This document shows positions 1 to 12,345 of a stretch of DNA of 64,000 nt, one piece after another. A model generated the notes under the pieces. The model worked only from the letters and a program-made list of their open reading frames with translations, was not told where the DNA came from and did no database searches. Made by a program: the position numbers and the translations under genes. Within the stretch, counting starts at the first letter, position 1; each line of letters opens with the position of its first letter. Origin of the DNA: an uncultured Alphaproteobacteria bacterium. GTDB taxonomy: Bacteria > Pseudomonadota > Alphaproteobacteria > Rhizobiales > Methyloligellaceae. The stretch covers positions 17,609 through 81,608 of the forward strand of contig CAVUVO010000022.1 in NCBI GenBank assembly GCA_963744945.1. Reading direction: 5' to 3'.

Positions 1-1
1 T

Positions 2-2014
2 CCGATCATCGCCATGACCATCACGCTCGCCGCGGTGTTCGCGCCGATCGGCTTCGTGTCGGGCCTCACCGGCGCGCTGTTCAAGGAATTCGCCTTTACT
101 CTCGCCGGCGCCGTGCTGGTGTCCGGCGTGATCGCGCTGACGCTCTCGCCGATGATGTGCTCGCGCCTGTTGAAGGCGCACAATGCCGGAGGAGGGGGCC
201 GCTTTACCGCCTTCCTCGATCGCATGTTCGACGGACTGAAGAAGCGCTATCAGCGCAGGCTGCACGGCACGCTCAACTACCGGCCGGTGACGCTGCTCGT
301 GCTCGTTGGCGTCATCGCCGCGACCGGGCTCATGTATATGACCTCGCAGAGGGAGCTCGCGCCGGAAGAGGACCAGGGCATCCTGTTCACCCTGGTGAAG
401 ACGCCGCAATACGCCAATCTCGATTATCTCGAGGATGCCACCCAGCAACTCTACAAGGTCTACTCCACGGTGCCCGAGAAGGAGCACGTGTTCACCATCA
501 ACGGCATGGGCGACGTGCATCAGGGTTTCGCCGGCATCCTGCTCAAGAATTGGGGCGAGCGCACGCGGAGCCAGAAGGAGGTGCTGACGGAGCTCGAGCC
601 GCGCATCTCGAGCATCGCCACGGCGCAGGCCATTGCCTTCTCGCCGCCGGCGCTCCCCGGCTCGGTCGGCGGACCGCCGATCCAGTTCGTCATCACCACG
701 ACGCGTGACGCCCGCGAGCTCGCCGACGTGCTTGCCGATGTCGAGAAGTCGGCGCGCGAAAGCGGCATGTTCATCTTCTCGGATTCCGACCTTCGCTTCG
801 AGACGCCGCAGATCGAGTTTCATATCGATCACGACAAGGCGAACCGGCTCGGAATCTCGATGGCCGATATCGGCGGCTCGCTGGCGACGCTGCTCGGCGG
901 CAATTACGTCAATCTGTTCGACCTCTACGGGCGCAGCTATCGCGTGATCCCGCAGGTGCCGCGCGACTTCCGGCTCAACGAAAGCTGGCTCACGCGCTAC
1001 CAGATCCGCACGGCTTCGGGCACGCTCGTGCCGTTGTCGAATGTGGCGACGATCACAAGGACGGTGCAGCCGAACGCGCTCACCAACTTCCAGCAGCTCA
1101 ATTCGGCGACGCTGTCGGCGGTGCCGTTCCCCGGGCGCACCGTCGGAGAGGCGATCGAATTCCTGAAAGACAAGGCGAAGAGCTTCCCCGAAGGCTTCTC
1201 CTACGACTTCCAGGGCGAGAGCCGGCAATTCGTGCAGGAGGGCAACACGCTCGTCTACACGTTCATCTTTGCGCTGGTGGTGATCTTCCTGGTGCTCGCC
1301 GCGCAATATGAGAGCTTCCGAGATCCGTTCATCATTCTCGTGGCGCTGCCGACCTCGATCTTCGGAGCGCTGATTCCGCTCAATGCCGGGCTCGCCAGCA
1401 TCAATATTTACACGCAGATCGGCATGGTCACCCTGATCGGCCTCATCTCCAAGCACGGCATCCTGATGGTGGACTTCGCCAACAAGCTCCAGGCTGACAA
1501 GGGGTTCAGCCGCCGCGCGGCCATCGAGGAGGCGGCCGCCGTGAGGCTCAGGCCGATCCTGATGACCACGGCGGCCATGGTCGTGGCCATGGTGCCGCTG
1601 CTGATCGCCAAGGGCGCCGGCGCCGCGAGCCGCTTCGATATCGGCGTGGTGATCGCGGCAGGCATGACCATCGGCACGATCTTCACCCTGTTCGTGACGC
1701 CCGCGGTCTATACCTTCCTCGCCAAGGACTATCAGAAGGCGCGAGCGAGGGCGGCTGAGGGCGCGCCATCGTCTGAGCATGAGCCAGTTCCCGCCTTGGC
1801 CGGCGCCGATGTGCCTGCAAAAGCGGCAGACCGGGAGGTCGAGGCCGGCGAACTCGCCACGCTGGTGAGAGAGGGCCGGCCTGAGGAAGGCCATTCGGCC
1901 GAGGTGCTTGCCTTCAGCTCGGCTGCGGCAGCGGCCTCGCCTGGGCCTGAGAAGCCCCGCAAGGGCCGTCGGAAACCTCCCAAGCCGAAACCGCTCACCC
2001 CTGCCGCCGAATAG
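2..2014 (+). CDS. RND efflux permease (AcrB/AcrD/AcrF, MexW/MexI-like), 5'-truncated by the window edge
   Basis: AcrB-type TM motifs (LTLSPMMCS, LAAQYES, GLISKHGILMVDFA, RLRPILMTT); frame is open from position 2; ~95 aa low-complexity C-terminal tail. Confidence 0.93.
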   Translation, partial: PIIAMTITLAAVFAPIGFVSGLTGALFKEFAFTLAGAVLVSGVIALTLSPMMCSRLLKAHNAGGGGRFTAFLDRMFDGLKKRYQRRLHGTLNYRPVTLLVLVGVIAATGLMYMTSQRELAPEEDQGILFTLVKTPQYANLDYLEDATQQLYKVYSTVPEKEHVFTINGMGDVHQGFAGILLKNWGERTRSQKEVLTELEPRISSIATAQAIAFSPPALPGSVGGPPIQFVITTTRDARELADVLADVEKSARESGMFIFSDSDLRFETPQIEFHIDHDKANRLGISMADIGGSLATLLGGNYVNLFDLYGRSYRVIPQVPRDFRLNESWLTRYQIRTASGTLVPLSNVATITRTVQPNALTNFQQLNSATLSAVPFPGRTVGEAIEFLKDKAKSFPEGFSYDFQGESRQFVQEGNTLVYTFIFALVVIFLVLAAQYESFRDPFIILVALPTSIFGALIPLNAGLASINIYTQIGMVTLIGLISKHGILMVDFANKLQADKGFSRRAAIEEAAAVRLRPILMTTAAMVVAMVPLLIAKGAGAASRFDIGVVIAAGMTIGTIFTLFVTPAVYTFLAKDYQKARARAAEGAPSSEHEPVPALAGADVPAKAADREVEAGELATLVREGRPEEGHSAEVLAFSSAAAAASPGPEKPRKGRRKPPKPKPLTPAAE

Positions 2015-2075
2015 TCCGGTTTACTCAATTCCTGTGAGCCTCTAGAAGAGCCGGGCAGAGCGCGGGGGTCCGACC

Positions 2076-4085
<2,010 letters not shown>

Positions 4086-4087
4086 GC

Positions 4088-4384
4088 ATGGCCGAGGCCG
4101 CCAAAAGGACCGTTAGTGTCAGGATCGAAGGACGCGTGCAGGGCGTCTATTACCGCGCCTGGACGGACCGGACCGCGCGGGAGCTTGGCCTCGACGGCAC
4201 GGTGCGCAACGCCAATGACGGCAGCGTCGAGGCGGTGTTCTCAGGTCCCGCCGACAAGGTCGCCGAGATGCTGCGGCTTTGCGCCGACGGGCCGCCGGAC
4301 GCGCGCGTCACCAAGGTGACGGTGACCCAGGAAGGCGGCTCGGCGCCGCGCGGCTTCAAGGTCATCGGCACGCATTGGCGCTGA
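4088..4384 (+). CDS. acyP: Acylphosphatase
   Basis: GRVQGVYYR and GTVRN..DGSVE motifs. Confidence 0.9.
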   Translation: MAEAAKRTVSVRIEGRVQGVYYRAWTDRTARELGLDGTVRNANDGSVEAVFSGPADKVAEMLRLCADGPPDARVTKVTVTQEGGSAPRGFKVIGTHWR

Positions 4385-5037
4385 CCGCGCCGAAGACCTC
4401 CTCGAAGGCGGAACGAAGCGCGGCGTCGGCGCGCTGCATGTCGGTATCGACGCCTAGCGCGGCGAGGCTGGTCACTGGCGATGTCAGGCCGCAGGGTACG
4501 ATGCCAGCGAAATGCTCCAAGTTCGGATCGACATTGAGGCTCACGCCGTGAAAGCTCACCCAATGGCGGACGCGGACGCCGATGCTGGCGATCTTGGCCT
4601 CGCCGACAAAAACCCCGATCTGCCCCTCGCGGCGCTCGCCTTCGACACCGAGGCGCGCGAGCGTGGCGATGAGCCAGTCCTCCAGCGCGTGCACGAAGGC
4701 GCGAACGTCGCGGCCGCGCGCCGATAGATCGAGCATCACATAGGCCACGCGCTGGCCTGGGCCATGATAGGTGAAGCGGCCGCCGCGGCCGGTCCTGAAT
4801 ACGGGAAAGCGCGAAGGCATCGAGCAGCTCTTCCGGCGCTGCGCTGGTGCCGGCGGTGTAGAGGGGAGGGTGCTCGAGCAGCCACACAGCCTCGGGCATA
4901 CGGCCTTGAAGGATCGCCGCGACGCGGGCCTCCATGGCCTCGACCGCGGCCTCGTAAGGCACTGGCGCGGGGCTCACGTGCCACTCAACCGCGGCGGGAG
5001 CGGGGGTTTCGACGGAAAGTGTGGCGGAGCCGGTCAA
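4362..5037 (-). CDS. lipB: Lipoyl(octanoyl) transferase; frameshift near 4815, probably an assembly indel
   Basis: [15 protein letters not shown] in one frame continues as [16 protein letters not shown]...HGVSLNV...IVPCG in another. Confidence 0.9.
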
Positions 5038-5195
5038 AGGGCAACCTCAGAAGCGATGGAGCCAAACCTAGCGCTTTCAGGCTCGCCTTGCACCCACACG
5101 CCATGTTTGCTAATGCAGCCAGTCCCCGCGAAGCAGGCTTGCAGCGGGGTGGACTTACAGCCATATCCCGGGGTAGGAACCTTGGGAATTCCCAT

Positions 5196-5281
5196 GCGGT
5201 CGTGGCGGAATAGGTAGACGCGCAGCGTTGAGGGCGCTGTGGGCATAGCCCGTGGAGGTTCGATTCCTCTCGACCGCACCA
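5196..5281 (+). tRNA. tRNA-Leu(GAG)
   Basis: GCGGTCG...CGACCGC acceptor stem plus ACCA; anticodon arm CAGCG-TTGAGGG-CGCTG; long variable arm; GGTTCGATTCC T-arm. Confidence 0.96.
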
Positions 5282-5466
5282 CTCCCCAAAATCGGCGTTG
5301 ATCTCATTTGCATTGTTCGCCGCTGCCCGCACCGGATGAACAGGTGCGGGTAGAGGTGTTCTGCCGGCATTCACCAGCTTCCCAATTTCGCGGCAGGACG
5401 TTGAGGGCGCGATTCACCAACTTTTAGAGGTTGCGGCCGATAGTCTTCCTCTCGGGGGAAGCACCC

Positions 5467-5640
5467 ATGAAGTTGGTGTTTGCTATTGTCGCCTCTGTGG
5501 CGATCGGCGGCTGCGCGGTTCTGGCTGGAGCTGGCCTCGGCGGCGCTGGTGGTTTCCTCGTCGCCGGCCCGCCTGGCGCAGTTGTCGGTGCTGGTGCAGG
5601 CGCGGTTGGAGGCGCTGTCGGCTCGACCATGAGGCGATGA
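5467..5640 (+). CDS. Small glycine-zipper putative lipoprotein (57 aa)
   Basis: Signal peptide with lipobox-like IGGC, then GAGLGGAGG..GPPGAVVGAGAGAVGG glycine zipper. Confidence 0.6.
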   Translation: MKLVFAIVASVAIGGCAVLAGAGLGGAGGFLVAGPPGAVVGAGAGAVGGAVGSTMRR

Positions 5641-5715
5641 GATGTTCCTGGCTTGGCTCGGTATCATCGTCTTGATGTGCATGATCTGGGTCGTGCTCGA
5701 CGTATAGACGCTGAA

Positions 5716-5862
5716 ATGAACCTCGAACACATCGTCATCGCCTATTTCGTGGTCGCCTCGATGGTTTTCTTCTTGGGCACATTTATGCTCAGTGGTGGCG
5801 ACATGCATGCCTCGGGTGTCACGCAGTTCGATGGCGCTTATCTGATCTCTCGATCTCACTGA
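5716..5862 (+). CDS. Small single-TM hypothetical protein (48 aa)
   Basis: MNLEHIVIAYFVVASMVFFLGTFML hydrophobic helix; short ORF only. Confidence 0.4.
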   Translation: MNLEHIVIAYFVVASMVFFLGTFMLSGGDMHASGVTQFDGAYLISRSH

Positions 5863-5895
5863 CACTGACTCGCGGAGGCTTCCGAGGCCCTGCCG

Positions 5896-6408
5896 ATGAC
5901 GCGTTTCGTTGCTCTCTTGCGCGCGGTGAATGTCGGCGGCACCGGCAAGCTGCCGATGGAAGATCTGCGGTCGCTGTGTGCCGACGCGGGCTTCGCCAAG
6001 GTGCAGACCTATATCGCGAGCGGCAACGTCGTCTTCACCTGCGGCAAGTCCGAGACGCAGGTCAAAGCGGTGTTGGAGGCGAGCCTCGCCGAATACGCTG
6101 GCAAGAAGATTGGCGTCTTCGTCAGGACCGCGGCGGAGATGGCCGGCGTCTCGGCGAACAACCCGTTTGCCGATGCGCCGTCCAACAGGGTCATGGCCTT
6201 CTTCCTCGACGCGCCACCGCCCCGCGATACGCTCGATCATGTGACGGGCAGAAAAGATGAGCGGATCGCGCTCGGGACGCGCGAGATCTACGTCCATTAC
6301 GGCGAGGGCATGGGCACGTCCAAGCTCAAGATACCCGCCGCCAAGCTTGGAACGGCGCGGAACATGAACACCGTCGCCAAGCTCGCCGAATTGGCAGCCC
6401 AGCTCTAG
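5896..6408 (+). CDS. DUF1697 family protein
   Basis: FVALLRAVNVGG, VQTYIASGNVVF and GTARNMNTV motifs. Confidence 0.85.
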   Translation: MTRFVALLRAVNVGGTGKLPMEDLRSLCADAGFAKVQTYIASGNVVFTCGKSETQVKAVLEASLAEYAGKKIGVFVRTAAEMAGVSANNPFADAPSNRVMAFFLDAPPPRDTLDHVTGRKDERIALGTREIYVHYGEGMGTSKLKIPAAKLGTARNMNTVAKLAELAAQL

Positions 6409-6624
6409 GCGCGTTGCCGCAGGTTCCCTGTGCGCTGCGGCCATTTTTGGGCTGGAGATTCGCTCCTAACAAGGCTTAAGTGGCGTGGATCCGCCGTGCC
6501 TGTTTTGCAGGCCGGAAACGGCAATCTCGCAAAGCGTCGCCCCCTCGCGTCGATTGTCGGTTACGGAACCGGCGGCCTTGCTCCAGCTTGAAGCCCTGTA
6601 GGAAACCTCGATCGGAAGCGCGGG

Positions 6625-8004
6625 ATGCAGGACGCGGCAGACGAGATCACTTTGCGCGACGAGGAGGGGGCGCTCCGCGCCGACTTCCTGCACGCGGTCG
6701 AAGCCGCCCTTGAGGCCGGCGATACCAAGACCGTACGCGAGCTCACGCTCGATCTGCACGAGGCAGACCTCGCCGACCTCATCCAGCTGCTGCGCCCTGA
6801 CCAGCGCGAGCCTCTCATCGCCGCGCTCGGCCGCGACTTCAACGCCGCGGCGCTCTCCGAGCTCGACGAGGGCGTGCGCGACCAGGTGCTCGAGGAGATG
6901 CCGAACGAGGCGGTCGCCGAGGCGCTCCAGCAGCTCGACTCTGACGAAGCGGTCTACGTCATCGAGGATCTGGACAAGCAAGACCAGACCGACATCCTCG
7001 CCAAGCTTCCGTCCTTCGAGCGGGCGGCCATCGAGCGGAGCCTCGAATATCCCGAGGACTCGGCCGGCCGCATCATGCAGACCGATTTCATCGCCGTGCC
7101 GCCGTTCTGGTCGGTGGGGCAGACCATCGACTATATGCGCGACGCCGAGGATCTGCCCGACCGCTTCTATGAGGTGTTCGTCGTCGATCCCTCCTTTCAT
7201 CTGATCGGCTCGGTGGCGCTCGACCGCCTGCTGCGGTCAAAGCGTCCGGTCAACATCGAGGAGATCACCGAAAGCGAGATTCATCCTGTTGCCGTCGCCT
7301 CTGACCAGGAGGAGGTGGCGCGCACCTTCGAGCGCTACAATCTCACTTCGGCGCCCGTGGTCGATCCCGACCAGAGGCTGCTCGGCGTCATCACCGCCGA
7401 CGACGTGGTCGAGGTCATCCAGGAAGAGGCGTCGGAGGATATTCTGCGCCTTGGCGGCGTCGCCGGCAAGTCCGTGTCGGATCCCGTCTGGGAGACCACC
7501 AAGCACCGCTTCATCTGGCTGTTGGTCAATCTCGGCACGGCAATCCTCGCCTCCTGGGTGATCAGCCTGTTCGACGCCACCATCGAGCAGATGGTGGCGC
7601 TCGCCGTGCTCATGCCGATCGTCGCGTCCATGGGCGGCAATGCCGGGACGCAGACCATGACGGTGGCGGTGCGCGCGCTCGCCACGCAAGACCTCGGCGC
7701 GGTCAACGCCGCCCGGGTCATCGGCCGCGAGACCATCGTCGGCCTGCTCAACGGGCTCGTGTTCGCGCTGATCATGGGGCTGATCGCCTTCTACTGGTTC
7801 GGCAGCGGGCAGCTCGGCATGGTCATCGCCGCCGCCATGGTGATCAATCTCCTGGTGGCGGCGCTGTCCGGCATCCTCATCCCGCTTGGGCTGCATGCGC
7901 TCGATCTCGACCCTGCCATCGCCTCTGGCGTGTTCGTCACCATGATGACGGACTGCGTCGGCTTCTTCGCCTTCCTCGGCCTTGCCGCGCTGTGGCTGAT
8001 GTAG
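6625..8004 (+). CDS. mgtE: Magnesium transporter MgtE
   Basis: N-domain, CBS pair (YPEDSAGRIM) and TM domain with MPIVASMGGNAGTQ and DPAIASG. Confidence 0.95.
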   Translation: MQDAADEITLRDEEGALRADFLHAVEAALEAGDTKTVRELTLDLHEADLADLIQLLRPDQREPLIAALGRDFNAAALSELDEGVRDQVLEEMPNEAVAEALQQLDSDEAVYVIEDLDKQDQTDILAKLPSFERAAIERSLEYPEDSAGRIMQTDFIAVPPFWSVGQTIDYMRDAEDLPDRFYEVFVVDPSFHLIGSVALDRLLRSKRPVNIEEITESEIHPVAVASDQEEVARTFERYNLTSAPVVDPDQRLLGVITADDVVEVIQEEASEDILRLGGVAGKSVSDPVWETTKHRFIWLLVNLGTAILASWVISLFDATIEQMVALAVLMPIVASMGGNAGTQTMTVAVRALATQDLGAVNAARVIGRETIVGLLNGLVFALIMGLIAFYWFGSGQLGMVIAAAMVINLLVAALSGILIPLGLHALDLDPAIASGVFVTMMTDCVGFFAFLGLAALWLM

Positions 8005-8019
8005 GGGCCAGGCCAACGC

Positions 8020-8907
8020 ATGTTCTTCTATCTCGCCAAGGTGCTGTGGTTCCTGCTCCAGCCGTCCACGCTCATCGCGCTGCTCATCGCCTATGGCTCG
8101 ATCCTGATCTGGACTGGCTGGGCGCGCTGGGGGCGGCGCTTCGTCAGCGCCGGCGCCATCCTGCTGCTGATCGCCGGCCTGTCGCCGCTCGGCAATGCGT
8201 TGATCCTGCCGCTGGAGGACCGCTTCCCGCGCACCAATCTCGATCAGCCGCCTCCGCCGACAGGTTTCATCGTGCTTGGCGGGGCAGAGGACAGGCTGGT
8301 TGGGACAGCCCGCAAGGCTCCGACGCTGAACGAGGCCGGCGAGCGGATCGTGGAGACTGTGATGCTCGCCCGCAAATTCCCCGAGGCAAAGATCGCCTTC
8401 AGCGGCGGCGATGCAGGCATTCTTTATAAGTCAGGCACCGAGGCGGCTGGCGCGCAGCGCCTGCTCACCGAGATGGGTGTCGCGACGGACCGGCTGATCT
8501 TGGAGTCGGATGCCCGCGATACCTATGAGAACGCGGTCTATCTCAAGGCTGAGCTCGGCAGGCTCGACCTGCTCGGGCCCGGCAAACGCTGGGTGCTGAT
8601 CACCTCCGCCTACCACATGCCGCGGGCCATGGCCTCCTTCCGCCAGGCGGGCTTCGATGTCGAGCCTTGGCCGGTGGACTACCGGACGCGGGGGCGTGCC
8701 GATCTCACGCGGCCGTTCGACAAGGTCTCGGAAGGATTGCGGCGGGTCGACGTCGCCACGCGGGAATGGGTCGGGCTGTTCGCCTATTGGCTCGCCGGGC
8801 GGAGCGACTCGGTATTTCCCGCGCCGAAGGTGGCGGCCTTGGGCTGCGACCTCGCTACGACGCAAGGCGGCAGTCCGCCAAGCTCCCCATGTCGACCCAA
8901 TCCTTGA
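8020..8907 (+). CDS. YdcF/DUF218 (ElyC/SanA-like) family protein
   Basis: IVLGGA, SGG, ESDARDTYENA, LITSAYHMPRA and REWVG motifs. Confidence 0.88.
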   Translation: MFFYLAKVLWFLLQPSTLIALLIAYGSILIWTGWARWGRRFVSAGAILLLIAGLSPLGNALILPLEDRFPRTNLDQPPPPTGFIVLGGAEDRLVGTARKAPTLNEAGERIVETVMLARKFPEAKIAFSGGDAGILYKSGTEAAGAQRLLTEMGVATDRLILESDARDTYENAVYLKAELGRLDLLGPGKRWVLITSAYHMPRAMASFRQAGFDVEPWPVDYRTRGRADLTRPFDKVSEGLRRVDVATREWVGLFAYWLAGRSDSVFPAPKVAALGCDLATTQGGSPPSSPCRPNP

Positions 8908-9640
8908 GGTAGGTCGCGGCGCGGAAGTCGGCGCCCTCTTCGCCGCCATAGGTCGCAACCATCTCGCACAGCACGCCGAAGCGCGTGCCTGCGACTGCCT
9001 CGTCCCACATCATCGCTTCTTCCGCGCCAAGCAGCCGGAAGCGTGCCGTCACGTCGTGCCGCCAGACGAGGATCGCTTGCGGCTCGGGGAGGAGCTGCGC
9101 GGGCGGCGGGGCAGTGTCCTCGCGCAAGGCGGACCAGATATCTGCGGCGTTGGTCGTGAAGGTGAGGCGGATCGCCGTGGGATGCGGCGTGAAGACGAGC
9201 TTGGCCCAGAGCTCGGGCGCGATCTCGGCGAGCTTTGCGAGTTTCAGCGGTTCGGCGTCGGGCCCATCGAAGGCATCGGCCAGCGCCTTCTCCAGGCGCG
9301 CGATCTCGGCAAGCTCGGGGTGCTTGGCGAAGCCGGCGTCGGCTTTGAGAAATTCCGGTACGTGGCGACCGAAATCCCGCGCGCTCTTCCGGTCAGACGG
9401 GTGGGCGGCGATATAGGATTTGGCGAACTTGGCGAAACCGGCATCGCCGAGATAAGCATGCAGCTGCTCGTAGTCGTCGGCCAGAACCTCGGCGAGGCGC
9501 GCGACATAGGCGTGGCGGTAGACGCCGAACAGCGCTTTGCGCTCTTCCTTGGCGCTGTCCCTGATCTCGGCAAGGATCGTGTCGTCGCCGGCAAGGATGC
9601 CGCGCTGGAAGCTCTCCTGAAGGTCTTTGAGGCTGCTCAT
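8855..9640 (-). CDS. DUF2063 family MNIO partner protein (BufC/HvfC-like)
   Basis: [42 protein letters not shown] pattern; start overlaps the stop of the DUF692 gene. Confidence 0.85.
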   Translation of the reverse strand: MSSLKDLQESFQRGILAGDDTILAEIRDSAKEERKALFGVYRHAYVARLAEVLADDYEQLHAYLGDAGFAKFAKSYIAAHPSDRKSARDFGRHVPEFLKADAGFAKHPELAEIARLEKALADAFDGPDAEPLKLAKLAEIAPELWAKLVFTPHPTAIRLTFTTNAADIWSALREDTAPPPAQLLPEPQAILVWRHDVTARFRLLGAEEAMMWDEAVAGTRFGVLCEMVATYGGEEGADFRAATYLKDWVDMGSLADCRLAS

Positions 9641-10492
9641 TCCGCGGCGGCGAGGCGAGGGGCGCCCAGCACCTCGCGGGCGATGCTCCGCGCGTGGTCG
9701 AGCTCGTCGACCAGCTCGGCAAGCGGTGGAATGTTGTCGTCGCGCTCGATCATGGTGGACACCGGCCCGAAATGAGCGACGGCGGCACGATACACATCCC
9801 ACACCTCGTCGCAGACCGGATGGTCATGGGTGTCGACGATGTGGCTCTCCTCATGGCTGTGCCCTGCGACATGGAACTGCACCACGCGGTCGCGCGGCAC
9901 GCCGTTGAGGAAGTCGTCAGCAGAGAAGCCGTGATTGTAGGCGCTGACATAGACATTGTTGACGTCGAACAGGAGCCAGCAATCGGCGCGGTTAGCCACC
10001 TCGCTCACGAACTCCCATTCGGTCATCTCGGATTGGCCGAAGGTGACGTAGCTCGATACGTTCTCGAGCGTGAGCCTGCGGCCAAGGAAGTCCTGCACTT
10101 GACTCACGCGATCGACGACGTGGTCGAGCGCTTCGCGCGTGTAGGGGATGGGCAGGAGGTCGTGCAGGTTCACGCCATGCACGCCCGGTCCAGCAGAGAT
10201 GATCCGAGATCCATTTCGGGTTGACGCGGGCGGCGAGCGCCTTCAGCCGTGTCAGATAGTCGAAATCGAGCGGCGAGGTGGAGGCGATGGAGAGCGACAC
10301 GCCGTGCATCACCACCGGATAGCGCTCGCAGATCCGGTCGAGCATGCGCAAAGGCTGGCCGCCCTCGACCATGTAGTTCTCGGAGAGGACCTCGAACCAG
10401 TCGACTTGAGGCGAGCCGTTGAGGATCTCGGCATAATGCTGCGGCCTCAGCCCCAAGCCAAAGCCCAGGAAGGGCGGTTTCGCTGCGGACAC
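9637..10492 (-). CDS. DUF692 multinuclear non-heme iron oxidase (MNIO, BufB-like); frameshift near 10185
   Basis: [35 protein letters not shown] in one frame continue as [42 protein letters not shown] after one extra G. Confidence 0.92.
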
Positions 10493-10566
10493 TCGCGTAC
10501 CCTCCTTCGCGTCCCAGGTCGGAGCCGGCGCGCGGCCGCGGCCGGCTCTGGCCTGGTGCTTAAGTC

Positions 10567-10827
10567 TTAGCTCTTCTCGAACGTGCCGCCCTGGTCGGCG
10601 CATTCGGTGTTGAGCATCTCGATCCAGCCTTTGCCCTTGCAGGCGTTCTTGCCCTTGCAGTCATTGGCGGCGGTCTTGCAGGCGCCCTTGCCGGCACAGC
10701 CATTCACGCCGAAGCAGCGGCCCTTGAAGGTCTCGGCATTGGCCGTGGCGATCAGGGCTGCCCCCGACACGATCAGCGCGGCGGCGGTCATGGCGATACT
10801 AGCACCCGATGTCTTGGTGAGCTTCAT
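10567..10827 (-). CDS. Secreted six-Cys RiPP precursor, bufferin BufA2-like (86 aa)
   Basis: Sec signal ending ANA-E; core [31 protein letters not shown]...ECADQGG; GGAGAGG RBS; lies directly upstream of the MNIO gene. Confidence 0.85.
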   Translation of the reverse strand: MKLTKTSGASIAMTAAALIVSGAALIATANAETFKGRCFGVNGCAGKGACKTAANDCKGKNACKGKGWIEMLNTECADQGGTFEKS

Positions 10828-10916
10828 TCTTCCTCTCCTCTCGCATGAGTTTTGCGTTTGTGGCACTGGCGGCGGCGAGAGCCGCCAAACGAGCTATAGC
10901 GGGAATTGGCTGCGGT

Positions 10917-10946
10917 CTTGCGTCACTCCTGATCACGCTTGCGTCA
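10917..10946 (-). promoter_or_regulatory. Direct repeat TGACGCAAG x2 with 21-bp period upstream of the precursor gene; candidate regulator site
   Basis: CTTGCGTCA at 10917-10925 and 10938-10946 on the + strand. Confidence 0.4.
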
Positions 10947-11050
10947 GTCTTCCGTGACTTTTCCGCAGGAAATGAGACTGCCCCGGTTGGGTAACCAATC
11001 CTGGCGGGATAGGATGGCCGCGTGATGACTGCTGCTGGGACCGCGGGGAC

Positions 11051-11495
11051 ATGACGATCCATCTTCTCAAGCTCTGCGTCGGCTGTGACACGGTCCAGGA
11101 CCTCAAGGACTGGCAGGACGACAGGCTGAAGCAGCTCAAGCGCGCCGGCAAGACGCCGGAGCTTTGCCATCGCACCTTGCAGGCGCCGCGCCGGCGCGAG
11201 GAGGTGCTCGACGGCGGCTCGCTCTATTGGGTGATCAGGGGCGTGATCCTCGTCCGTCAGCGCATCATCGACCTCAGGCCCGACACCAAGGATGACGGCA
11301 TCGCCTGTTGCGGCATCGTGCTCGATCGCGGTGCTTGTCGCCACGCGCGCGCAGGCGCGGCGGGCGTTCCAAGGGTGGCGCTATCTGCCTGCCGCCGACG
11401 CGCCGGCGGATCTCCGCGTGGTCGGCGAAGATGAGGGCGACATGCCGAAGACCATGCGCGCCGATTTGCGCGAGCTTCGCCTTATCGATTTTTAG
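11051..11495 (+). CDS. DUF1489 family protein; frameshift near 11330
   Basis: MTIHLLKLCVG, PRRREEVLDGGSLYWVIRG, then RRAFQGWRYL in the next frame. Confidence 0.85.
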
Positions 11496-12345
11496 GCGCG
11501 GTCGGTAAATTGTCGATCAGCCGCGTGGTGCCAAGAAAAGCAGCGCCCATCACGCGGGCAGGGCCCCTGATCGGACCGAACAGCGGCGCGAGCGTCTCCG
11601 GATCGCGGACCGCGACATAGTCGACGCGGAAGCCTTTGCCCTCGAGCTTGAAGCGGCCGGCGCTGGTCGCCGCGTCGCAGCCTTCGCCGTTGGCGAGGCT
11701 CGCGGCGGTCTCGGCCAGAACCTGATGGAGGATCGGCGCCGTCTTGCGCTCGGCGGCGGAGAGATAGCCGTTGCGCGATGAGAGCGCGAGCCCGTCCTCT
11801 TCGCGCACGATGGGGGCGCCTATGATCTCGACCGGAATGTTGAGATCGCGCACCAGCCGCTTGATGACGAGGAGTTGCTGAAAGTCCTTCTCGCCGAACA
11901 CCGCCGCGTCAGGTCCGCATTGCAGCAGGAGCTTGGTCACGACGGTGGCCACGCCCTCGAAATGATTGGGCCGCGCGGCGCCGCACAGATCCTCGGTGAG
12001 GCTCGGTAGGCTCACTTTGGTGGCGAAGCCAGCTGGATACATCTCGTCCGTGCTGGGGATGAACACGAGGTCGACGCCGGCTTCAGCGAGCTTCTTCACG
12101 TCGCCGGCCTCGTCGCGCGGGTAGCGCTTGAAATCCTCCTTTGGCCCGAACTGAGACGGGTTGACGAAGATCGAGGCGACGACGCGCTTGCCGTGGCCCT
12201 TGGCGACGGCGATCAGCGACAGATGCCCGGCATGGAGCGCGCCCATGGTCGGCACCAGGGCCACGGTCTCTCCCGCTTGCCGCCATTTGGCGACCTGCGC
12301 CCTCAAGTCCTTTGCGGTTCGTACAGTCGCGATCGAGGAAGCCAT
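11482..12345 (-). CDS. panC: Pantoate--beta-alanine ligase
   Basis: LVPTMGALHAGH, SIFVNPSQF, RPNHFEGV, FGEKDFQQ, GLALSSRN and RLIDN motifs. Confidence 0.96.
   Translation of the reverse strand: MASSIATVRTAKDLRAQVAKWRQAGETVALVPTMGALHAGHLSLIAVAKGHGKRVVASIFVNPSQFGPKEDFKRYPRDEAGDVKKLAEAGVDLVFIPSTDEMYPAGFATKVSLPSLTEDLCGAARPNHFEGVATVVTKLLLQCGPDAAVFGEKDFQQLLVIKRLVRDLNIPVEIIGAPIVREEDGLALSSRNGYLSAAERKTAPILHQVLAETAASLANGEGCDAATSAGRFKLEGKGFRVDYVAVRDPETLAPLFGPIRGPARVMGAAFLGTTRLIDNLPTAPKNR

Noticed and set aside
1730-2014. Extra domain in the RND C-terminal tail
   Set aside because: It is Ala/Glu/Pro/Lys-rich low-complexity sequence, similar to the tail on ClpA, and probably disordered.
5196-5470. Prophage or island integrated at tRNA-Leu
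   Set aside because: No duplicated tRNA 3' end or integrase was found, and core-like genes resume within ~600 bp.
10991-11016. SigF-type promoter (GTAACC) for the bufferin cluster
   Set aside because: It faces away from the cluster and lacks the CGAA -10 element at the expected spacing.
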